From: Auanema rhodensis
Taxonomy: Eukaryota; Animalia; Nematoda
Assembly: GCA_964057225.1 (NCBI GenBank)
Contig: OZ059897.1
Coordinates: 7,750,001-7,814,000, forward strand
DNA length: 64,000 bases
Reading direction: 5' to 3'
This document shows positions 39,001 through 50,521 of this stretch, piece by piece (positions within the stretch are counted from its first letter, which is position 1; the number at the start of each line of letters is the position of its first letter). Under the pieces are notes generated by a model. The model was given only the letters and a program-made list of their open reading frames with translations. It ran no database searches and had not been told where the DNA came from. A program made the translations under genes and the position numbers.

Positions 39001-42000
39001 GGCACGAAACGATTTCAATTGAGAAAGTGGCCCCAGAGAATAAAAAGAAAAGTTCATGAGTCCCTGCTGGTTGGATTATCAGATCTGTGGATGATCTGAT
39101 GATAGGTTTGAATTCAGGCATATCAATGTCAGAACAAATGGAGAACATTGAAGATTTACGACAACTCCGAAGAGGATAATGCCTAAAGTGTGTTGTGTAA
39201 TCAAGGGATAAGAAATGAAAGCACATTCCATATTCAGTGGAAATAGAATGTTTAATATGGATGAAATGAAGAGAAAATGAAAGGAATCATCGATGACAAG
39301 ACAATAAGATGACACTTTTAATATTTTTCAAAACTTTTCGATTTCAATATGAAAAGGAAAGTCATTCGGAATGATAACAACTTGAAATCATTAAAATGAC
39401 ATGAATAATTAACGAAGACAAGCATGAACCAGGTGCAGATGATCAATTCGACTACTAATTTTATGAAAAATCTAATTTTGGTCACCAATCAGCCAAGGTT
39501 CTTTAGTGAGCTGAGTTAGATTACAACTCACCTTTTACCATTATTAATGACGGAATCCCAAATTTTAAATATAGCCAGTCGATGCAGTGGTGCGAAAAAA
39601 ACTATAATTGAGTTCATGATAATGATGTTTCAGATCCAAAAAAGATGGATGGAAGATGTCGTTAACGTTCAGTTCCTTATACGAAGCCGTACGATACAGA
39701 TACTACAATAGCTTGTCTGGCGATAAAAATCATTTCTCGTTTCTTCATGTTGTTACGAGCCAGGTGGTTGAGTTTGTCGTAGTTTTTGCAGAAAGAGTAA
39801 TTGCTTTTCCGTGTAAATTTCGACTAACCTGATCAGTAGCTGGTCGAATGTTTCAAGACAAATGACTGAATGAGATTCAAAGGGCAGATAATATAGTTAT
39901 TTGAGATATAGTTATATATTATACACATATATACAATGTGCATGCTATACGTAATGTTTTATTTCAAGAATTGTAGTAACTTATACTAACTTCCCTGAAA
40001 TTCAGGTTCACTATGCTATGTATATTGTTTCAAAATTCCGCAAACTGTTGAAAGATCATTACTGACTATCTTTCCGTTGATTGTATATAGCTAATTTCCG
40101 TGCGGGAACAAGCGGCATCTTTTGATCGTATATGGGACATATAAGTTGTAAGTTCAACTTGAGAAGTTGAATTGTTGTGTCATGTCTTTTTCTAATCGTT
40201 GTCGCAATCTCTTTGAATTCATTGGCCAATTAGCATAAATGTGATGAATGAACTTCGACAAGCCACATGAAATAAGAAGCTGATAGTCGTCTTCAGTCAA
40301 CTTCTCTCAGTGATTACGGTAAAAATAAATGTAAATCTTGTTCTATCTTCAGCAAGTCTGTTGACAATTTCCAAAAATGAAAATGTGCGATAATCCCTGT
40401 GAATTCCTCACCATTTCATTCACACGTGAACAATGAAATAACCGTAATCTAGGTAGTTAGGATTAGAATCAGCAATCCATCCATCTACTCCATAACTACC
40501 AACACCAACAGCATCACCAGCATCTGCCATCAATCGTCCAGCCATTTATCATGCTGAAGTTGGAATCCGAAGATTGCGCACTGCGATTGTACCTTAAATC
40601 TACCTCATTTCGATGATTCTCGCCACAAATTTCATGAAGTATACATTCGTTTCATTTTCATATGATCAATAGCTTTAGATCGACAGCGGAGATAAGCATC
40701 AGCGGGAAGCCGAGAAGCACAGATACTAGTACGGTAACTCGACCAGCGACATACAAAAACTGCTATTAATGAAGAAAAAAATTCAAAATTTTCTATGAAA
40801 AAACGAACAATTTCTGATAATATTGATTGTGATAAGAATCTTTTTAACTTTTTTGAAAAACGATATTCAAGGCAATGTAAATGATTGTGAAGACATGAAT
40901 GATATGGAAATGTTTGATCGTTATAGACAGTTGGATATTCTTATGAAGTTATGTCAAAGTTTGTATGTCAATATCCTTCTCTTTGTTTTTATTGAAAAAA
41001 GTATCTTCGAAGTAAAGTATATTTAAAAGTTTTAAGAGATAATACTAATTGAGCGATTACCTTTTAGCAAAGATGTAGAAGATTTCAAGTCTTCAACAGT
41101 TTCTGGCAAGTTGGTGCTTCTTGAAATTTTACGGAAGAGTATGCTTTTCCTTTCCATTAAAGACGAAAAGATACAACATTCTTGTTATGCTGATCATTCT
41201 TTCCTCTCAAATTATTTCTTAAAAACATTACAACCTTATTAAAGTTTTTCTTTTACCTTTAATATTATCAGTGGTATTATGATAACATATTCATGAGCTG
41301 ACCATCAGTGATCTCTCATCCTTCCATATCTCTTTCTTTCCACCCACCCGGCTGGCTCCACCCCACAACTATCGGCTAAAGAAGGTACCAGCCCATTATG
41401 CCCCGAACTAATTCACCTTTCTATTTCTTATCTATCTTTTACATCTTCCACAATTGGTTTGAAACCTCTGATTGCCTGTACTGAGAGGATGGTCAGTCGA
41501 GTCTCGCGCACACGTAGAGAACAGTACGAAGCTCAGCTAAGCTTTCGAAATTTCTATTTATTACTATATTATGTAGTGTTGTATTCATTAACTATGTTAC
41601 TGTGCCATTATATAAGTTAATAATTTAATTAATTTTTGTTTTATTAGTTTACCAATTCTTCATGAACTTAATATTGCAACATCAAGTTTTTCTAGACAGC
41701 TTTTCACTTTTATGCACATCAATCCTTTATGTCTCAAGTTTAAAAAAACCTTCGAGGCTATTTCAGACACTTTTTGTCATCATTATCTGAATAATGTCTT
41801 CTCCGTTAACAGTTCTCATTTCGAAACAACAGTACTTGTGTCATTTGGATGCATCTGATCATCAGCCCGTCTCGTCCTCGTTTTCTACTTATCTTTGACC
41901 ATATACGAATGAACGGACATACGCGACCGTTTCAACTTCTACTAGCTTCTCATTCCGGTTCGACTTATTGTTTTACAAGCGTTGATATCGTTTTTTATCC

Positions 42001-42123
42001 TTCATTAACTCTTTTATGGTTTTTTTTAAATTCAATCAAGTCACTTTATACCATTTGACTTTCCTCCCAGAGAATGTCAAATTCTAAGCTTTTTTTATTC
42101 TTCCAACACTTATCTCCAAAAGT

Positions 42124-43290
42124 CTACTGCTTGATAGTCGCTTGAATTTCTGTAAAACTAACCTCAGAAAATGAAGAATCTATCATTATTACTTCATCAT
42201 AGCCAACTTCATATTCAACCTTGCCAGCATGTAAGTAAACAAGATTTTCCATGTTTTGTGGATCTTCTCTTTTCATAACATAAAAAATCTGATGATGATA
42301 AGGGGGGAAGTAGTTGAAAAAGAGAAGATGGATGATGAGGATACAATCACCATTGACTGTCGCAATCCTGAAGTGAGTGTTAAGTACCGTTGATGTTTGC
42401 CGGACGTTTGTGACTAATCCATAGAGCTCTGTCTGAGATTTTCCGTTTTCGAGTTCCATATGTACTTTCCAAATAAAAATCTTACTACTTTTATTCATTT
42501 GGTCATCTTGTATGTCCATTTTTTCATGAGTATTGTTGCATTAAGACAAAAAAAGTCAAAACGTATAAAGAATCCTATTACTCATACTCATTTCTTCATA
42601 GATTCGTGTGTTGAAATAAATACTGTATGTATACTCTCATTGCAATTATTCATTTCCATTCATAATATATTCAAAAACAGTCCAGTTTTGCCTAAGGGCA
42701 ACACTATCATCATAGCTTCGTAGGTCAAACAGACAACGAACAACTATTTCTCAGATCCTTTTTTTGTATACTATTCTCGAGGTCGACAACGATGTGCTTT
42801 CATAGTATTCGTATTACCTTCATCCATTCGTATGTCTTCAGCCAGACATCCAGTCTTTCTGATCCATCTTCCTCGATCGCTTTGCAATAGAGATGAGCAT
42901 CATCATCAACTGAGAATCGGTTATTCAACATCTCAGAAGATAGTTTCCAATAGAAATTGTTCAATTTGTTTAAACAATGCAGATACAGATGCTCAAGCAT
43001 AGTCATACTATCTATGCAAATATCTCAGACAATACCAATCTCAATATCTCTTATTGTATCCATTTCTCCTGACATTTCCAGACTTCATTATCTCTTTTAG
43101 CGTCATCCTTCCAGGTTTCTTCGTTTTCTTAAGCACTTTTTTTGCTATCTCAACTCCGCCATCCACTATACTCTACTGACCTTGTCATTGGAGTACGGTA
43201 AATATGCGGTAAAAATATTCATCTGGCTGCAATTGTGATAATGTTAAAGTATGATTCAGCTTGTTTTTTATTGTAACAAACTTCTTGAGC
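42124..43290 (-). pseudogene. Possible decayed protein-coding relic
   Basis: Consecutive protein-like frames broken by stops and frameshifts (131-aa ORF 42124-42519; EIVVRCLFDLRSYDDSVALRQNWTVFEYIMNG; 68-aa ORF 42800-43006; RTPMTRSVESIVDGGVDSKKSA*ENEETWKDDAKRDNEVWKCQEKW). A TTTCAG acceptor lies at ~43290. No family recognised. Confidence 0.35.
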
Positions 43291-46200
43291 CTGAAATATC
43301 CCAAAAAAATGCAAAACCTGAGTAGTGAATGAGTATTTTCTATAAGCAATTTAAGTGAGTAAACATTGAACATCATTTCGTTACTTGTCTACGTTCTTCC
43401 TTCCTTCAAAACAAATATCGATCTGTTAAGCCGTACGTCTAATTACTTGTTTTGATTATATTTTTTCATAAAATTCTTATCAATTGAAGATATTCTGAAT
43501 CTTATAGTTTTTCTATTTACGAATCTAGTTGCATAGATTTTGGATATCGTTTTAATATACCATTTGATGTGTAACAACAACCCTGCGACTTAAAGTCTTC
43601 AGGATTGTTGAAGCACCGTTTTTACTTCTTTTTTTCATTTCATATAAGAGAGTTTAATCATTTGTTATAAGTTAAAGATGCTTTATTCCTAACCAGTTTA
43701 TCAACATAAAAACTTCAACAACTCTTCCGAGATGCTTTCATAGCTTCGCCATATACAGACAATTATCTCTTGAGGAATTTTGTACTATGAGAATGTCTAC
43801 AAGCTTTTCTCTAGCTGAAAGTGAAATAGAGGAAGTAGTTGATGGCATTCCTGTTGCTTTGCCCATCCTTTCGATTTCTATTCCTGTCATTCGGTTTCTT
43901 CTCCAGCGCATTGAGGAGGATCATCATTCAAGCTGGATATATCGTTGAAGTTATTGCTTGACCAAAAAAAAACTCCGACACCCTATTGCCAGCAAAACAT
44001 AACCTGTCTATCTCGGTGCCGGCCTTCCTGATCGTCATCAATGAGTATATTAGCACATCTAATCATATGTTCACTTCTTCTATAGTATTTCTGTTTTAGT
44101 TTTAGTATTTTCATGTTGTTTTCTTGTTTTTCTAAATTTTTCTTGTTGTATTTCATTTCAGTCTATGTTCTGCTTCCTCTAAGTACATTTACTTTACTTC
44201 CTTACTATATGTACTGAAAATAGTTGTAAGCAGCTCTCTAGCATCTAACTAAACAGCCAAAAAGAGAGAAAAAACAGATGAGAAATGAAAACAAAATTTA
44301 CATCTGCTATACACTTTGAACATTAATTTCCATTTGTGTAATTTAATCCGACCTGATTTAACTGCTATTTTCGACACCTTTTTTTGGGCCAAAAAAATGA
44401 GACCCAGATTCTGCAAGTTAATTTTCTGGATTCATATTCAGCAAGTCCTTGACAAAATCAGTTGGTCTAAGCGTAAAGTTTATGTTCAAAATTGGCTGTC
44501 AAGAATGACAGAAGACAGTCAGAAGGCGACCAATAAACTGTTTCAAGGGCACTATAAATAAAATTGCGGAGAAGAAAAAGTTATGTCGACTTAGCAGCTA
44601 AGAACAAAAAAATATTATAAGAAACATAAAAGAAATTAATGATAATTAAATGTTTAACATAAAACGTTAATTCATAGTTGTTTATGAAAACGTTAAAGAA
44701 ACGAGTGAGAACCAAATGCAACCGTGCTCAATGTGCGCAATAGGTGTAAATGAACCTGAAAATACACGTGTGGTACGTGAGGAATATTGAAGCTTGTAAA
44801 CTGCTACTTATGCAAATGAGCTAAATGTACAAAAGTGTATACATTCAATTCTCATCTATTTCATAGAATGTAGACTAAGTTATTTCAAAATGTGGAACTG
44901 TAAGGAATATTTGGTTATGCAAAACTTTGAAGGTAAACTGCAAACTGAAATTTTTCCTTTTCATCAGCACCAATAACGAATTTCTAATCTATTTCTTTTA
45001 TTTCTCTCTCCAATATACGTACTATTTCATATAGTTATAGGTTTGAGATATTATAAACAAATATTAATGTATTGTCCTATTGAAAATAGCATATTCATAC
45101 TGTGTGTATGTCTATGCAAATGTTCCTAAATCCAACTATGAGGTAATCTCTTTCAATCTTTTGCTCTGCATATCTCTCACTTACTTCATACTATACCTCT
45201 TAATTCTCCTTCTCTCTCAGTAATATTGACAAGTTTCAAATAGCACATATTACGCCACTTCATGACCATAATTGATATACAAAAGACTGGCACTTAGACA
45301 GCCTATGATCATCTATTCTAACCAAATATAAAATTCTTATTTGAATTTAGATTTAGATTTTCCACTGAATTCATGGAAATCAGGTGTGACGCTCAGCATA
45401 CGGCTCACATCTACGTTTTGGACTTCATGTGTTAGTTGCTATCCTCACACTCTACGTTTTTTTAAAGTTTCTAATTGATTTTAAAAAGAACGTGATGAAT
45501 GGCTATCAGACAAGGATATCCATAGCCTTGAGGCTTCTGAAGCTAACCGACCCTGTCAATCGACAGATCATTTTCAATCCAGTGCTAAAAAGGGATAGAG
45601 AAATTACTATATCATTTTTGCCTCTTCCTGACAGTCTCTTACCATCTCACATCTCTTAACCTTGTGTACTCTATCACTCATCATCTTGCTTGCTTCACCT
45701 CTTTAGGTTGAGCGTAGTATCCTAACCAGTATACAGTACCACATCCATCGAATCTGCCATATTTTGTCTTTGTGGTTATTCCGATTTTCTCTTCATTCAT
45801 CATCTGCCTGATAAGACATCTGAACGAGACGACATCACAGCAGGAAGCATTTGTACATCGTTCATCAAATCTGACGTCGTTTTCTATTTTAACCAAAGCG
45901 TATCTGACCATATCAACACCATTTCATTCGTGTATCTTCGATCTTTAATTCTGAATACTTTTCTAATAACAATACCTTTAACCCCACATCATGTTTCATT
46001 TTCAATTCCAAATCGAGTTATTCAACCAGTTCACATATGACCGATGAGAAAACGATTATAGCTTTTTCCTCCAGAACTTGCCCAACTATAATACTGCCCT
46101 ATGTTGTCACTTTTTCGAATAACTTTTCCAAATTCTATTGTTATCATACTTTTCAAGATTATAATCAAATTATTTAAATTAAAATAGTTCATGTTTCTGA

Positions 46201-46404
46201 TGACAAAAGTTTCTCCTAAAAAAGCATTCGTTGATCGCATGAAGGACATGTTCAAATCATTTTTTTCATTTTCATTGCAAAAACAACAGAAGAACTCTGT
46301 ATATTTAATAAGAAAATAACGTTTTTATTATCAAATGTAATGCTTTTCTTCTCGTTCGCTCATAAAAAATTAACTTTCTTATGATAAACTGATGGACAGA
46401 TTGA

Positions 46405-47644
46405 ATTACGTGAATAGCCGCTGCATCTTATAATCGTGAAGGGTCATGTTTAGAGAGAAATCGAGAAGATACCTAAAGATATCCTTGAACTATATAACTT
46501 CCAACTGATCATCACACCTATCGATTTGCTTATCACGATTCGATGATTCTCTGGAATATGAAATTAATCAGAGAAACAGAGAGAGAGAAAGAGTGACAGA
46601 AAGAGAAGAAAATACGCAATTAAAATTGAATTAAAACAAACATCATAGAAGTTAATTTATTAGAAAAATCAACTATTCTATAAGTATAATCTTGAGATTC
46701 CATAACATATTGTTGTTAAATCTTAGTTTCATAACAATACCTCTTGATTCTAATGATAAGAGAGAAAACAAAAAAAAATGTCCTCCTAGCCATACCTCAA
46801 ACACCAGTTTCTTCTATCCTGATCAAAAGATGTTAAATTAACATTTTCGATTGTTAAAAATTTGTTTTCGCTCTTCTACTAACAAATTCTTCTAATTTTC
46901 CAGCCATAATTGGCACATAGGAGACGAGAAATTGTTTTTTCATTACATCGCACCTATAGCCTCTTCGGCAACGTCTTCACTAGGGAATGACCTTCTGAGT
47001 TTCTTAAAGTAATCACTGTCTCTCTCTCTTTATGCTTCACGAATTCGTACCTTTGATCATAAATTTTCGAGAATACCCTCTTAAATAATCTTTGTATATA
47101 TGTATCTTGTTATATATTTTATTATGCTGATAGTAAATTGGAAACAATTTCAATTTTTCGTCTTTTCTCATCTTCGTCTTCTTTTTCGTTTTCACAACTT
47201 CTTGAACAAAAGGTCACACGTCCTTATTTGGCCAGCGCTTGTCAGTTTATCTTTTCTATGTCTCGCTCTTCAGATTCTGATAACTCATTGTCGCTTTCAC
47301 GATGTATCAGTCTCTTAGACGGATTTCTGAGATGTTTTTTTTTATTTTCTTTTGAACTATGTTAAAGAGATTAAAATAAATTACAACTTGAACATCTATC
47401 AGCATCCGGTCTCAGTCACAAATGGAATGTATGACTAATTTCATTAAAATTTTAAACTTTTGTGGTCAAAAATGATGAAATCAGTCAATCTTCAGCTTTA
47501 CTCCTCACTTTCCGTTTCACAATTGATGATTTGATTTAGTAGACGATCAGTAGTTTCACATATAGACCCACATTACCTGCTGGTTCCTGTTGGTGTCGGT
47601 TGACCTCTAGCATCCACCGTCCAATATTTGACATCGAAACTCAT
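46405..47644 (-). pseudogene. Possible decayed spliced gene
   Basis: MSFDVKYWTVDARGQPTPTGTS followed by a GTAATG donor, then charged frames with stops (HRESDNELSESEERDIEKIN*QALAK*GRVTFCSRSCENEKEDEDEKRRKIE; KLRRSFPSEDVAEEAIGAM**; FKDIFRYLLDFSLNMTLHDYKMQRLFT*). Confidence 0.3.
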
Positions 47645-50521
47645 AAATCGTATATCAGTTCATAATCAGTTAGTCTTGACACTTACCGTTGCCATCGTTA
47701 GCTGTATTACTTCATTTGCCGTTTGCCAGAATAAAAAAAACTTCTGATCAAGTGATCAAAGCACTGACACTTGACGTTGAATGATCTTGACAGCGTCAAC
47801 ACAATTTTATCTAAATTAACTTATAAGTCTTAGTTATGGCATAGACGTTTTTATTTCCAATTGCACAAATTCGTCACCTTTTTCTTCCGAAACATAAGTA
47901 TCTTTTTCTGGCGTCAGATGCTTATCACACTAACACGTACACGTCCTCAAAGCTTTCAGAACAAGTTTTCAATTTAATAGGTTCACAAGAAAGAATGCCC
48001 TGAGGACGTTAGCCATTTCAACAATGTTAAGTCGAGAAACCTCCCCTTCGTTACTATCCGTCTTTTCTGATTGTTCTGAATATTCTGAGTATTCTGTCAT
48101 GTAGTCACTCGTCTGCCATCATGTGCCTCATCCGATGTCATAATCGTTGTAATCACAACATGACATTCAGCTGATTATCTATTTGGATATTTCCACTATT
48201 TGGCATAGTTATGATCATCTAATTAGCATGACAATCAGATAAAACACGAGGACGACACATTGTAGGTGGAAGATCACATCGTGCTTACTGACCATCATTT
48301 GGCATGCCAAAAGGTTATCTCTAAGATCTGCTAGTTGACGTAATTGTGGTAAACGATACCAGTAGATCCATCCGTTTTTGCCTTCAAAAATTTGTTCGAA
48401 AATCTAATTTTGTTCTATTTATTTTATTTATATATGTCAATATTTTTTTAATTGTTAATATTGGGTTTTATGCCTTGTCCATGTACCGGTTTTTGCTGTC
48501 CTCAGAATTATGCTACTTCCGAATATTTCACGATTATGATCCCTTTTTGCATGTTGAAGTCGATCATATCGTTTAAAGTGCTTTTAGTACAATCATTAAT
48601 GGTCATTTGGCTTAATCGAATTAATGTTCAGACTATACAAGACATAATTCTCAGTTTTAAACATATCAATACACCCATCCTCTTGTAATAATATACTATT
48701 ATATTCTTTAATTATATTCTTAATAACATAGATTATATAATCATTGTAAGCTTTAGTTAGACGATTTTATTGATTATTAGATTATCTAATTTCTTTTTTA
48801 TCTCTGATTACATAGATGATAGCTGATGCGATGCAGGCTTACAGATTTCGTGAGTCATATCATTCAGAAGTTCATTCATCTGTTTTAATTCCATTTTTTT
48901 CTAATTTGATATTATCACTAATTTCTTTTATTGAAATCAAAATATTCAACCGTTCATTAGGCATTTAAACTTAAAAATAGTTTTTCTGCATATTTGTGAC
49001 CTTTCACGCATTTTCACGTTTAACTTCAGATCATACGTCAAACTCTTCCTTTTCTTAAAACGGATTGAAAGATATGAAGTAACTCATACATTTCTATCCT
49101 TGGACTAATGTCCTTTAAATCTGACAACTATACTTTCTAAAAACTCTTCCATCACACTTCTTCATTTATTTCAAAAGACTTTAAGGATAACTGTCAGTCT
49201 ATCCTACCGTATATCATACGATCATTTATTTTATCGTAACAGTCTTCGAGCATTTCATGACTTAAAGAGATGAATCATCTATAGTACTTCAGATTACAGC
49301 TGCATCTTCATCACTCCTTAATGTTCACTTCGAACATCTTTCTTCTCTACTTCATCCTTACGAGTTGACTTGGATTTCTCAACACTTACACCCAAAACGT
49401 CTGTATTTCGTATATATTCTCAATGTGTGGTTCATTTACTGATGGTGACTGATAGGCGTTGTCACCAACTTCGTTTTTCCAATCTTTATATCATTTTACT
49501 GGAATATAGAAACAAAAAAAAACAGTTTTATTTCCCTTTTCAATGATTTCTTAACTACTTTTACAGGTTTTCAATTTCATTACTTCTCTATTTCTTTCAA
49601 TAGCATTTGTGGAAAACATTTTGTGACTTATAGCATTTACAGTTGACTTGTGCCACACATTATTTCATGAAATCTTTCAAAACATCTGAAATTCATGAAA
49701 TATTAAATATTGCACACGATGCATATGCTTTAACTTTAAAGTTGGATGGAATGAGTTGAATACTCTGTAGGCCATATCATTTAGCCATACGCCTTCTATG
49801 TTACCCATCATGGCCTGTTTATTCGTGTTCACTTGGAAGAGAAAACGATTCTCGTTTCATTAAATTGAAAAAGAAAGCGAAAAGTATTCGAACAAAGCAA
49901 GAAAAAGATGGAGAGTCAGAGGGATCATCATGTGTCGTCGTGTATTTCTTCAATTGTTCTTCATGAGTAATCAATCGAACAGCCGGTAGACCACTTTTTA
50001 AGGCAATTCCGCCTAACATGGGGGCTTCGTTAGCTTTGGCTTATTGGCCGCTAACCAAAATTAGTCATCAGAATTTAATCTAAATTCAGTATCAATCTTA
50101 ACATGTACATGGTGATAGGTTCTAGATACTTATGGCTATAAATTGAACACCAAATTCTTGTTCATCTATAACATCTAGATCGTTACATCTTTCGTCAGTA
50201 ACAATTTTTCTGTAACGAACATCTGGGCAATTGTACTATCTTGGTTAGTATGATTTCATCAAGTGTTAATGACTAAGATATTTCATAAAAGTCTTGTATT
50301 GACTTTTCAGGTTAAATTGTCTGTAAATGTAATCTTAATTCATTCGAAGAACTGATTCTAGCTATATGTAAACATCATTCGTATCAAAATCGAATTATCT
50401 TTTCTTAAAAGTATTGTACATCCGTATCATTTCATGATTTATTTCAATTATCTCGTATTGATTCCTTGATAATCGGCTCGAAAATCTGATTTCGTATTTC
50501 ATTATGGATGTCTTTCAGGAG

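Noticed and set aside
41941-41970. GGTTCGACT B-box-like word suggesting a tRNA
   Set aside because: No cloverleaf, T-stem pairing or properly spaced A box.
45681-45911. 76-aa - strand ORF with several Cys
   Set aside because: No recognisable domain, signal peptide or flanking splice sites; cannot be supported as a gene.
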